From assembly GCA_051746725.1 (NCBI GenBank), contig JBNJFI010000007.1, positions 1 to 36,402 on the forward strand: a DNA stretch of 36,402 bases. The letters are read 5' to 3'. Positions 22,347-31,586 of this stretch are shown piece by piece. Within the stretch, counting starts at the first letter, position 1. Every line of letters begins with the position of its first letter. Source of the stretch: Fusobacteriota bacterium. GTDB taxonomy: Bacteria; Fusobacteriota; Fusobacteriia; Fusobacteriales; JBNJFI01. The position numbers were made by a program, and so were the translations under genes. Under the pieces are notes generated by a model, which saw nothing but the letters and a program-made list of their open reading frames with translations, was not told the origin of the DNA and did not search any database.

Positions 22347-23136
22347 GGTAATTGTAAATGATATAATTAAAAAATTGGAAAAAAAATTTCCACGATATTT
22401 AAAAGAGGATTGGGATAATGTTGGGTTATTAGTTGGAGAGAACAACCTAGAAATAAAAAAAATGCAAATATCATTAGACTTAAATAAAAAAGTTATTCAA
22501 AATGCAATTGATAAAAAAATAGATATGATTATAACCCATCATCCATTTATATTTAAAGGAATTAAAACAGTAACAAATCAAACGAGAATAGGAAAAAACA
22601 TAATTAAATTAATAAAAAATAATATTGCTGTATATACATTGCATACTAATTTAGATTCAGCAAAAGATGGTTTGAATGATTATATTGTTGAAAAATTAGG
22701 AGTTAAAGAAAGTGAATCTCTAATTCAAAATGAAGTCGATGAAAATTCATTATATGGTGGTATTGGAAGAATATATAATCTTGAAACAGGCATGAAAATA
22801 ACAGAATATGCAAAAAAGATAAAAAAGAACTTGAAAATAAAAAACATAAGAGTTATAATGGATGAAGATAAAAAAATAAAAAAAATTGGACTAATTAATG
22901 GAAGTGGAATGAGTTATGTAAATAATATGAAAAAAGCTGGCGTGGATCTTTTTATAACTGGAGATATAAAGTACCATGAGGCTTTTGATAGCTTAGAAGC
23001 AGGTTTACCACTTATTGATATAGGTCATTATGAAAGTGAAGTTTTTTTTTCTGAAATAATTAAAAGAGAAATTTCAGAAGATGAAGATATAGAAATATTT
23101 ATTTATAATGACAGTCCTGTGTTTGAAATAATTTGA
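22339..23136 (+). CDS. Nif3-like dinuclear metal-centre hexameric protein (YbgI/YqfO family)
   Basis: WDNVGLLVG, IITHHP, LHTNLD, TGDIKYHEA, DIGHYESE. Confidence 0.95.
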   Translation: MGKVIVNDIIKKLEKKFPRYLKEDWDNVGLLVGENNLEIKKMQISLDLNKKVIQNAIDKKIDMIITHHPFIFKGIKTVTNQTRIGKNIIKLIKNNIAVYTLHTNLDSAKDGLNDYIVEKLGVKESESLIQNEVDENSLYGGIGRIYNLETGMKITEYAKKIKKNLKIKNIRVIMDEDKKIKKIGLINGSGMSYVNNMKKAGVDLFITGDIKYHEAFDSLEAGLPLIDIGHYESEVFFSEIIKREISEDEDIEIFIYNDSPVFEII

Positions 23137-23153
23137 TTTAAAAGGGGACAGAG

Positions 23154-23810
23154 ATGTTGAAAAAATGTTTAATCTTATTTTTATGTTTATCATCTTTTTT
23201 GTTTGGTAATATAATAGATGGAGCTGATTTACTTAAAGAAGAGAATAAAAAAAATCTAGAAAAGCGATTATCTTTTTTGGAGGAAAGTCGTGATTTAAAA
23301 TTTATAATTGAAACTCAAAAAAATGAAAAAGACTTTTCAGAATTTAATGATGCAAAAAAGACTGTAAAAATCAATATATTAAAAGGGGAAAAAAAGGTTA
23401 ATATAAGATTGTTTTTTTCAAAAGATGCTTTGAAATTAGGTTATAGTGATGAAATAGATGGTCTTTTAGAAAGAGTAGATCCTCTTATTAAGTCTGGGAA
23501 TTACATAGATCTAATTTATGAAATTACTGGTGAGATAGCCGATATAAATCAAGTTTCAAATGAACAGATTGAAACTGAATCTGAAGAAAGCAGTTCTCAA
23601 AAGGGCAATAAGTTATGGGTTATTATATTAGGCATAATATTATTTTTGATAATTCTGAAAATTTTAAAAAATAAAAATAAAATAACTAGATGTGATGAAT
23701 GTAATTTAAAAATGACTTTAATTGCAGAGTATGAAGAAGGAAATAAGAAGTATAAAGATTATAAATGTACAGTTTGTGGAAAAGAAATAACTAAATACAC
23801 TTGGGGGTAA
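23154..23810 (+). CDS. Hypothetical membrane protein: signal peptide, TPM-like domain, TM helix, C-terminal zinc ribbon
   Basis: N-terminal hydrophobic signal; IIDGADLL resembles the TPM-domain start; TM LWVIILGIILFLIIL; CDEC...CTVC. Confidence 0.7.
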   Translation: MLKKCLILFLCLSSFLFGNIIDGADLLKEENKKNLEKRLSFLEESRDLKFIIETQKNEKDFSEFNDAKKTVKINILKGEKKVNIRLFFSKDALKLGYSDEIDGLLERVDPLIKSGNYIDLIYEITGEIADINQVSNEQIETESEESSSQKGNKLWVIILGIILFLIILKILKNKNKITRCDECNLKMTLIAEYEEGNKKYKDYKCTVCGKEITKYTWG

Positions 23811-24140
23811 AAACAATCGCGAGTATAAAAACTCGAGGAAAGTCCGGACTCTATAGGACAGGAAAGCAGATAACGTCTGCTAGGAGAAATCTTAGGAAAG
23901 TGCCACAGAGAATAGACCGCCGCCTTTAGTTAGTGCGGTAAGGGTGAAACGGTAGTGTAAGAGACTACCAGTATCTATTGTAAAATAGATAGCTCGGTAA
24001 ACCCTTTCTAGAGCAAGACTAAATAGAAAAGTGAAAAAAGTTGTCCGCTTTAACTTTTTGGGTAAGTCGCTTGAGGCGATGAGTGATCATCGTCCTAGAT
24101 AAATGATTGTTCAAGACAGGATCCGGCTTATATTACCCCC
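23803..24140 (+). ncRNA. rnpB: RNase P RNA (bacterial type A)
   Basis: GAGGAAAGTCCGG, GGAAAGTGCCACAGA, AGGGTGAAACGG, GGTAAACCC, GAGCAAG, AGATAAATGATT, ACAGGATCCGGCTTA; P1 GGGGGTAA/TTACCCCC closes the structure. Confidence 0.97.
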
Positions 24141-24156
24141 TAGTATTTAAATAAAT

Positions 24157-24208
24157 AAAATAAGAGAAATTCCTTTTGAATAAAAAAAAGGAATTTCTCT
24201 TATTTTTT
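24157..24208 (+). terminator. Terminator after rnpB
   Basis: 21-bp stem AAAATAAGAGAAATTCCTTTT / AAAAGGAATTTCTCTTATTTT plus T tail. Confidence 0.85.
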
Positions 24209-24263
24209 GTATATTTACTAAGAACAAGATAATAAAATATCGCAAATAATAGGAGGAGATAAT

Positions 24264-26597
24264 ATGGAAAACATTCAAACAGATAAACCAGTTTTATTGA
24301 TAAAAAATATTATAATTTTTCCCTACATGATAGTTCCGCTAAGTGTAGGACGTGATTTTTCAATTGAGGCAATAAAAAAAGCCTTAGATGACGATAAGGA
24401 GATTATGATATTTACTCAGAAAAAGAGAGATACAGATGAGGTGGCAATGGAAAATGTTTATGAAATAGGAGTTGCCGCAAAAATTTTAAAAATGGCTCGG
24501 GATTCTAAGGGGTTTATGAAGATCTTGATTAAATCATATAGAAGGGTAAAACTTGAAGATCTATATTTAAAAAAAAATATTTCAATGGGAGAAGTGAGCT
24601 ATATTTCTGAGAAAGGTTATAAAAAGGGGTCTGAAAATTATAATGAAATAGAAGCTTTATATAAACTAGGTAAAGAAAAGTTTGAAAAATGCCTAGAAGA
24701 GGGTTTGAAAGTTACTCCTGAAATAATAGATCCCTCGATTAATATAGAAAACCCTGCTAGATTAGTCGATATTATAATTGCACAGTTAGATTTATCTATA
24801 TCTAAAAAATTTAATATATTACAAGAAATGGATATAAAAAAGCGGTTGGAGTTGGCTAATAAATATTTAGATCAAGAAATAGATATATTAAAAATAAAAG
24901 GTAAAATATCAAATAAAGTCAAGGAAGGAATGGATGAAACCCAAAAAGAATTCTTTTTACGAGAACAATTAAAAGCAATTCAAAAGGAATTGGGAATAGA
25001 TGAAGCTAAGACTGAGGAAATAGAAAAATATAAGGAAGAATTAGAAGATGAGAGGTTTCCCAAAGAGGTCAAAGAGCAAGTTGAAAAACAATTAAAAAGA
25101 TTGGAAAAATTACCTGATAGTTCTGCAGAAGGGGGTATTATAAGGACTTACATAGATTTTATTATAGAATTACCTTGGAAAAAATATTCTGATACAAATT
25201 TGGATATCAAAAAAGCTTATGATAAACTAGATAAGACACATTATGGATTAGATCAGGTTAAGGATAGAATAATTGAATATTTAAGTGTGGAAAAGATATC
25301 CAATGATAAAAAATCTCCGATATTGTGCTTTGTTGGACCTCCTGGAGTTGGGAAAACTTCTATTGGAAAAGCAATAGCAGAAACTTTGGAAAGAGAATTT
25401 GTACGAATATCTTTAGGTGGAGTTAAAGATGAAGCAGAAATAAGAGGACATAGAAGAACTTACATTGGTGCATTACCTGGTAGGATTTTAAGAGGAGTTC
25501 AGCAATCTAAAAAATCAAATCCAGTATTTATGTTAGATGAAATTGATAAATTAGGGGCAGATTTTAGAGGAGATCCTGCTTCAGCTATGCTTGAAGTTTT
25601 AGATCCTGAGCAAAATGATAACTTTGAAGATCATTATTTAGAGTTAAAATATGACCTATCAAAGGTATTTTTTATAACAACAGCAAATAAAACAGATACT
25701 ATACCAGAGCCATTACTTGATAGAATGGAAGTTATAAAAATAACAGGTTATACATTAAATGAAAAAGTAAAAATAGCAAATAGATATCTTATTCCAAAAC
25801 AGTTGAAAAAGAAAGGATTAGAAAAATACGGAATTGAGTTTAGCAAAAAAGGTCTAGAAAAAGTAATTTTAAATTATACTAGAGAAGCTGGAGTTAGAAA
25901 TCTAGAACGGGCCATAGGAAAAGCTTTTAGAAAAATTGCAAAAAAGATAGCCTTAGCAGAAGATTATAATAAAAAAATAGATGAAAAAGAGGTAAGAGAA
26001 TTATTCGGTGTTGAAAAATATGAGATGACAGATATTGAAGATACAAATCCTATAGGGGTGTCAACAGGATTAGCTTGGACCCAAACAGGTGGGGATATAT
26101 TAAATATTGAAGTTGCTTTTTTGAAGGGAAAGGGCGATTTGATACTAACTGGAAATTTAGGAGACGTTATGCAAGAGTCTGCCCAAGCAGCTTTGACTTA
26201 TGTACGGGGTAAAATCGAATCATACAATGGAGAAGAAGATTATTATAAAAAGTGTGACGTTCATATCCATGTCCCAGAGGGAGCAGTTCCAAAGGATGGG
26301 CCATCTGCTGGAATAACTTTAGCATCCGCTATGTTATCAAAATTTTTAAATAAAAAGCTTCCCAAGGGTTTAGCAATGACAGGAGAAATTACATTAACTG
26401 GAAGAATATTGGCTATAGGTGGATTAAAAGAGAAACTTCTTGCTGGAAAATTACGGGGAATAAAAAAGGTGTTAGTTCCAAAAAAGAATGAAAAAAATGT
26501 AGAAGATATACCGGATGAGATCAAAAAAGGTTTAGAAATTATATATATCAGTCATATGGATGAGGTTTTTGAAAAAATAAAGAACCAAGATTTTTAA
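24264..26597 (+). CDS. lon: ATP-dependent Lon protease (endopeptidase La)
   Basis: LON N-domain, GPPGVGKT, MLDEIDK, PKDGPSAG (Ser) and GGLKEK (Lys) dyad. Confidence 0.98.
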   Translation: MENIQTDKPVLLIKNIIIFPYMIVPLSVGRDFSIEAIKKALDDDKEIMIFTQKKRDTDEVAMENVYEIGVAAKILKMARDSKGFMKILIKSYRRVKLEDLYLKKNISMGEVSYISEKGYKKGSENYNEIEALYKLGKEKFEKCLEEGLKVTPEIIDPSINIENPARLVDIIIAQLDLSISKKFNILQEMDIKKRLELANKYLDQEIDILKIKGKISNKVKEGMDETQKEFFLREQLKAIQKELGIDEAKTEEIEKYKEELEDERFPKEVKEQVEKQLKRLEKLPDSSAEGGIIRTYIDFIIELPWKKYSDTNLDIKKAYDKLDKTHYGLDQVKDRIIEYLSVEKISNDKKSPILCFVGPPGVGKTSIGKAIAETLEREFVRISLGGVKDEAEIRGHRRTYIGALPGRILRGVQQSKKSNPVFMLDEIDKLGADFRGDPASAMLEVLDPEQNDNFEDHYLELKYDLSKVFFITTANKTDTIPEPLLDRMEVIKITGYTLNEKVKIANRYLIPKQLKKKGLEKYGIEFSKKGLEKVILNYTREAGVRNLERAIGKAFRKIAKKIALAEDYNKKIDEKEVRELFGVEKYEMTDIEDTNPIGVSTGLAWTQTGGDILNIEVAFLKGKGDLILTGNLGDVMQESAQAALTYVRGKIESYNGEEDYYKKCDVHIHVPEGAVPKDGPSAGITLASAMLSKFLNKKLPKGLAMTGEITLTGRILAIGGLKEKLLAGKLRGIKKVLVPKKNEKNVEDIPDEIKKGLEIIYISHMDEVFEKIKNQDF

Positions 26598-26630
26598 AAT
26601 AAATACTAATTTAATATAAAATAAAATAAT

Positions 26631-26659
26631 TTGACAATATTACTTCTGAATGCTAAACT
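26631..26659 (+). promoter_or_regulatory. Promoter for mgtE
   Basis: TTGACA - 17 bp - TAAACT with extended TG. Confidence 0.7.
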
Positions 26660-26694
26660 TTAAACATATTATGTTAAATTAGTGAGGTGAAGAG

Positions 26695-28035
26695 ATGGAA
26701 AAAAAGTTATATAAAGATTTAATTAAATGTCTACAAAATAAAAATTATATTGAATTTAATAATTGGTTAGAAAATGTCTATTCGGTAGATGTAGCAGAAG
26801 CTCTTGAAGACCTAAATACAGAAGAATTATTAAAATTTTATGAACTTTCTAGTTATAGTAATATGGCTCAAGTTTTGGAACAAGCTGAACAGAAAGTTCA
26901 ATTTAAAATAATTAGTCTGATGAAAGTCGGGCAGGTAATTAAATTATTTGAATATATGTCTACAGATAATGTAACAGATATAATTGGAAACCTGCCTTTT
27001 GGAAAACAAAAATCACTTTTAAATAAGATGAAAGACAAGGAAGCAGGGGCTATTAGAAATCTTCTAGGATATGATATTGAAAGTTCTGGAGGTTTGATGA
27101 CTACAGAATATATTGCTTTTAACGAGTCATTAACAGTATCCCAAGCACTGGAAAAGATCAAAAAAATCGGAATTACTACTGAAGTTATAGAAACAATTTA
27201 TGTGTTAGACGACTCAAAAAAGTTAGTTGGAACTGCGAATTTAAGAGATATATTAGCGGCAGATGAAGATTCAAAATTAGAAGAAATAACAGATTATAAT
27301 GTAGTTTCAGTATATCCAGAAGAGGATCAAGAAAAAGTTTCAATTCTTGTTTCGAAATATGATCTAAATTCTATACCGGTTATTAATAGAAATAATAAAA
27401 TGTTAGGGATAATAACAGTTGATGATATTATTGATGTAATTGAGGCTGAAAATACAGAAGATATGTTTAAAATGGTAGGTATTAACGAAGAGGATTGGAT
27501 ACCAAACTCTGTTAGGATATCTATTACCCAAAGATTTCCTTGGCTTTTTATCAAATTGATAATGTCTTTTTTGGCAGTATTTACAGTGGGATTATTTGAA
27601 GATGTAATTGCACAAATGGCTATATTAGCTGCTGTTATGCCTATTGTTGCAGGAATGGGTGGAAACGTCGGATCTCAAGCTCTATCAGTTGTAATAAGGG
27701 GAATAGCGCTGGGAAAACTTAATTTAAAAGAAGATTGGAAGACTATATTTAAAGAAATAAGTATAGGGTTTTTAAATGGAGTTGCAATAGGATTTTCAGC
27801 TGCTTTAATAATCGTAATAATATATGGTAATTTTTATTTAGGTATAGTTGTTTTTTTATCTATGGTGGCTAATTTGACTATTGCGGGATTATTAGGAATA
27901 TTTATTCCTCTTTTTTTAGAATCTATAAATGTTGATCCTGCGTTAGCAGCTTCTAGTTTTTTGACGACGGCTACAGATATAATAGGTTTTTTTATTTTTT
28001 TAGCATTGGCTCAAATGATGATGTCTTATATATGA
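26695..28035 (+). CDS. mgtE: Magnesium transporter MgtE
   Basis: MgtE N-domain, GGLMTTEY, CBS pair (GIITVDD), RFPWL, MPIVAGMGGNVGSQ, DPALAASSFLTTATD. Confidence 0.96.
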   Translation: MEKKLYKDLIKCLQNKNYIEFNNWLENVYSVDVAEALEDLNTEELLKFYELSSYSNMAQVLEQAEQKVQFKIISLMKVGQVIKLFEYMSTDNVTDIIGNLPFGKQKSLLNKMKDKEAGAIRNLLGYDIESSGGLMTTEYIAFNESLTVSQALEKIKKIGITTEVIETIYVLDDSKKLVGTANLRDILAADEDSKLEEITDYNVVSVYPEEDQEKVSILVSKYDLNSIPVINRNNKMLGIITVDDIIDVIEAENTEDMFKMVGINEEDWIPNSVRISITQRFPWLFIKLIMSFLAVFTVGLFEDVIAQMAILAAVMPIVAGMGGNVGSQALSVVIRGIALGKLNLKEDWKTIFKEISIGFLNGVAIGFSAALIIVIIYGNFYLGIVVFLSMVANLTIAGLLGIFIPLFLESINVDPALAASSFLTTATDIIGFFIFLALAQMMMSYI

Positions 28036-28036
28036 A

Positions 28037-28074
28037 AAAAATCCTCTATATGATTAATCATATAGAGGATTTTT
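28037..28074. terminator. Bidirectional terminator between convergent mgtE and malQ
   Basis: 38-bp perfect palindrome AAAAATCCTCTATATGATTAATCATATAGAGGATTTTT filling the intergenic gap. Confidence 0.85.
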
Positions 28075-28075
28075 A

Positions 28076-29563
28076 TTATCTAGAATAAAGTTCATTTAAA
28101 TTCTTTAAATCTTTTTTCATCTGTTCGGTTATATCTCCTTTTTTGAAACGCCATTGCCAATTTCCCGAGGCTTTTCCAGGAGTATTTATTCTAGCTTCGC
28201 TTCCTAACCTCAATAAATCTTGAAGAGGAGCTAAAGCCATTACTGCTGTAGAAGCCCATGCTGCTCGAATAAAATTCCAACAAACATCTTCTCCTTTGTA
28301 ATAAAAATAGTTATCTACATATTCTTTATCTTCAGATTTTGCTTTATCATACCAACCTTTTATAGTATCATTATCATGTGTTCCTGTATAAACCACACAA
28401 TTTTTAACATAATTATGTGGGAGATAGTCATTTTCTTCTCCAGAATCAAATGCAAATTGTAATATTTTCATTCCAGGAAAACCACAGTAATCTCTAAGTT
28501 CTTCAACTTCAGGAGTGATTAGACCAAGATCTTCTGCAATGATAGGTAATTCTCCTAATTCATTTTCTATAGCATCGAATAAATCTTTATCAGGACCTTT
28601 TACCCATTCTCCATTAATAGCAGTATCTTCATCTGCTGGAACTTTCCAATAAGCTTCAAACCCTCTAAAGTGATCAATTCTAATTATATCAGATATTTCT
28701 AAATTTGCTTTTATTCGATCTACCCACCATGAATAATTATTTTCTTTTAATTTATCCCAGTCATATAAAGGATTTCCCCAAAGTTGACCAGTTTCACTGA
28801 AGTAATCAGGTGGAACTCCTGCTACTCCTGTAGGGTTTCTATCTTTGTCAAATAAGAAAAGTTCTGGATTTGACCAAGCATCAGCACTATCAAAAGCAAC
28901 AAATATAGGAATGTCTCCAATTATTTTAATATAATTTTGATTTGCATAGTTTTTTAATTCTTCCCATTGCTTAAAGAAAAGATATTGAATAAACTTATGA
29001 AATTTAATATCAACGTGTAATTTTTCGTGATATTTTTTCATTGCTTTAGGTTTTCTTAGTTTAATATCTTCTTCCCAATTATTCCATGGTTTTCCATTGA
29101 AATGATCTTTCAAGGCCATAAATAATGAATAGTCAACTAACCAAGTTGAATTTTTTTCGCAAAATCTTTCAAATTTTGCAATTTCTAAATCACTTTCATG
29201 ATTTTGGAAGTTGTTAAAGGATTTTTTAAGCAAAGGATATTTAAAGTTTATAATATCACCGTACTCTACTTTGTCATCTGAAAAATTCATATCAGTTTCT
29301 AAATCTTTTTCTTTGAGTAAAGAATCCTCCACAAGTTTTTTTAAGTCGATTAAAAGAGGATTTCCTGCAAATGCAGAAAAACATTGATATGGAGAGTCTC
29401 CATATCCAGTTGGTCCTAGAGGATAAGTTTGCCATAGCGATTGCCCCGATTCAATTAAAAAATCTACAAAGTCATAAGCTTCCTTTCCTAAAGTACCTAT
29501 TCCAAAATCTCCAGGAAGAGATGTTGGATGTAATAAAATACCACTACTTCTTTCAAAATTCAT
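28076..29563 (-). CDS. malQ: 4-alpha-glucanotransferase (amylomaltase, GH77)
   Basis: RSSGILLHPTSLPG, GDIPIFV, AGVPPDYFSETGQLWGNPLY, RIDHFRG, IAEDLG, YTGTHDNDT. Confidence 0.97.
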   Translation of the reverse strand: MNFERSSGILLHPTSLPGDFGIGTLGKEAYDFVDFLIESGQSLWQTYPLGPTGYGDSPYQCFSAFAGNPLLIDLKKLVEDSLLKEKDLETDMNFSDDKVEYGDIINFKYPLLKKSFNNFQNHESDLEIAKFERFCEKNSTWLVDYSLFMALKDHFNGKPWNNWEEDIKLRKPKAMKKYHEKLHVDIKFHKFIQYLFFKQWEELKNYANQNYIKIIGDIPIFVAFDSADAWSNPELFLFDKDRNPTGVAGVPPDYFSETGQLWGNPLYDWDKLKENNYSWWVDRIKANLEISDIIRIDHFRGFEAYWKVPADEDTAINGEWVKGPDKDLFDAIENELGELPIIAEDLGLITPEVEELRDYCGFPGMKILQFAFDSGEENDYLPHNYVKNCVVYTGTHDNDTIKGWYDKAKSEDKEYVDNYFYYKGEDVCWNFIRAAWASTAVMALAPLQDLLRLGSEARINTPGKASGNWQWRFKKGDITEQMKKDLKNLNELYSR

Positions 29564-29606
29564 ATATACCTCCTATAAATATTATATTTTATTGTATTCT
29601 TTATAT

Positions 29607-29635
29607 ATTATATCATATTTCATTTAATTTGTCAT
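29607..29635 (-). promoter_or_regulatory. Promoter for malQ
   Basis: On the minus strand ATGACA - 17 bp - TATAAT with extended TG. Confidence 0.65.
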
Positions 29636-29687
29636 ATGAATTTGGATATGGAAATTTTCTAAAAATAATATACTCCTCATAAAAACT

Positions 29688-29716
29688 TTGACATTATCTA
29701 GACTCTATAATATAAT
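29688..29716 (+). promoter_or_regulatory. Perfect consensus sigma-70 promoter for the 29759 gene
   Basis: TTGACA - 17 bp - TATAAT. Confidence 0.8.
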
Positions 29717-29758
29717 ATACTTAGGTATTTAATAATTAAAAAAATGGGAGGGTTTTAA

Positions 29759-30511
29759 ATGAAAAGAAAAGAAATAATATTTTTTGTGATTTTGATATTA
29801 TCTTCAATGATTTTGGGGAAGGGAATGGATCCGACTATGCAAGGTGAATCTAGAAAGATAGACGTTACTGACGAATTTGAATTCAATGGAAATAAAAATT
29901 TTGTTGGTAATGGTGGTCCTTTGGTAGGAGTTATGGCATTAGATTTGAATTCCTTAAATAATGATTTGAAAAAAGTAGGACTTCCAGAATTGACCGAAAA
30001 TGAATATGGTGATAATAACTTGATGTTTATGTTTGGGGGAGGTGGAATCGGAGGTACTTTTAAAAACAGATTTGGTGGATATGGTGCTTCAGGAAAAATA
30101 TCGAATTCTAAAGAAAATCAAAAAGTTACATTAAAGTTTGATTATGGTGGTTTCATATACGAAAAGGGATTATTTATGATAGAAAAGACTAAAACCAATT
30201 TAAGTCTGGGATTTTTAGCAGGTGGAGGCACAGCTAGTTTGCATTTAATATATGATGATATTGAAAATGATTTTATAACCGTTATCAATAATCCTCATAC
30301 GAATGTTCTGACAAAAGAGTACTTGGTTTTTTCTCCAAGATTAAACATTCATCAAAAATTAGGAGCATTTATAGGCGTAGACTTTTCTGCTGAATATTTA
30401 TTAAATTTTGACATGGGAGAATCGTGGACTTTAGATGACGAAGAAGTGAAAGGACCTCTTTCTAATACTCAAAGTCCTTCATTTACAGCTAGGCTAAGTT
30501 TTGGATTTTAA
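29759..30511 (+). CDS. Hypothetical secreted protein, probable outer-membrane beta-barrel
   Basis: Signal peptide, Gly/aromatic-rich alternating beta strands, C-terminal ARLSFGF ending in Phe. Confidence 0.7.
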   Translation: MKRKEIIFFVILILSSMILGKGMDPTMQGESRKIDVTDEFEFNGNKNFVGNGGPLVGVMALDLNSLNNDLKKVGLPELTENEYGDNNLMFMFGGGGIGGTFKNRFGGYGASGKISNSKENQKVTLKFDYGGFIYEKGLFMIEKTKTNLSLGFLAGGGTASLHLIYDDIENDFITVINNPHTNVLTKEYLVFSPRLNIHQKLGAFIGVDFSAEYLLNFDMGESWTLDDEEVKGPLSNTQSPSFTARLSFGF

Positions 30512-30632
30512 TAATTAATAAAATAATTTTTCTTGATTAATATTTTATTTTTCTATAGAAATATGGAGCAACTTCAGTAATTAATTTTAAATAGTTCAAA
30601 AGAAAAATGTATTAAAAAGAGAGGTGACATTA

Positions 30633-31481
30633 ATTAAAAAAATAAAAATAGTCAAAGATTATAGTGGAATGAAAGTAAAAAAATATTTAAAAGATATTGA
30701 ATTTTACTCTTCAAGAAGTTTGCGAAAAAACAATCTAAAAATAAATAATAAAGAATGTAGTTTAAATGCGAGGTTAAATGAAAATGATATATTAACTATA
30801 GAAGAACCTATTGCTAAAACAGATATAGAGCCAATTGATATGGAACTTAATATAATAGAGGAAACAGAAGATTTGATTTTAATAAATAAACCGCCTAATA
30901 TAATTACGCACCCTAGTAAAAAAAAAGGGGCTATCACCTTAGCAAATGGGATAGTTAATTATTATAAGGAAAAATATGGTAGAGTGGAATTTCCAAGATT
31001 TTATAATAGACTGGATATGGATACCTCTGGAATAATAGTTGTAGCTAAAACAGCATATGGTCAAGCTTTTTTGCAAAACCACGGGAAAGTAAAAAAATAT
31101 TATAAAGCTATTGTAGAAGGTGTTATCAAAAAAGATGAGTTCTGTATAAAAAAAAATATAATTAGAAGAAAAGGACAGTTAAAAAGCGAGATATCAGAAA
31201 ATGAGGGCAAAAAAGCTAAAACAAAAGTCAGAGTGATAAAAAGAAATCTTGAAAAAAAAATATCCCTTATAGAATTAGAACTATTTACAGGAAGAACTCA
31301 TCAAATAAGAGTACATCTAAGTTCTATTGGTCATCCAATCTTAGGGGATACCTTATATGGAAAAGGCCAAAAAGCAAAACGACAACTTTTACATAGTTAT
31401 AAAATAAAGTATATTGATCCATATATGAAAAAAAGAGTCAGAAAAAGTATAAAAAGTCCTAAAGACATGTTAATATTATGA
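30633..31481 (+). CDS. RluA/RluD-family 23S rRNA pseudouridine synthase (start uncertain: ATT at 30633 or GTG at 30624)
   Basis: S4-like N-terminus, INKPPN, NRLDMDTSG (catalytic Asp), TGRTHQIRVHL, GHPILGDTLY. Confidence 0.93.
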   Translation: MKKIKIVKDYSGMKVKKYLKDIEFYSSRSLRKNNLKINNKECSLNARLNENDILTIEEPIAKTDIEPIDMELNIIEETEDLILINKPPNIITHPSKKKGAITLANGIVNYYKEKYGRVEFPRFYNRLDMDTSGIIVVAKTAYGQAFLQNHGKVKKYYKAIVEGVIKKDEFCIKKNIIRRKGQLKSEISENEGKKAKTKVRVIKRNLEKKISLIELELFTGRTHQIRVHLSSIGHPILGDTLYGKGQKAKRQLLHSYKIKYIDPYMKKRVRKSIKSPKDMLIL

Positions 31482-31509
31482 TTGTGTGAAAAAAATATAG
31501 AATAAAGAG

Positions 31510-31538
31510 TTGACATTTTGGCAAATATGTTGTAATAT
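31510..31538 (+). promoter_or_regulatory. Promoter for gap-pgk
   Basis: TTGACA - 17 bp - TAATAT with an A-rich upstream region. Confidence 0.65.
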
Positions 31539-31586
31539 ATACGTGTAGAAGAAAGAAATAAAAAAAATAAAACAGGAGGGAACAAA

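Noticed and set aside
26598..26694. M-box (Mg2+) riboswitch upstream of mgtE
   Set aside because: The promoter lies only about 35 nt before the start codon, leaving no room for the aptamer, and no such motif is visible.
28037..28074. 38-bp perfect palindrome as a mobile-element end or recombination site
   Set aside because: Its position between convergent stop codons with A/T tails is fully explained by a bidirectional terminator.
29624..29680. 18-codon minus-strand ORF upstream of malQ as a leader peptide
   Set aside because: It lies upstream of and overlaps the predicted malQ promoter, lacks its own SD and has no regulatory codon run.
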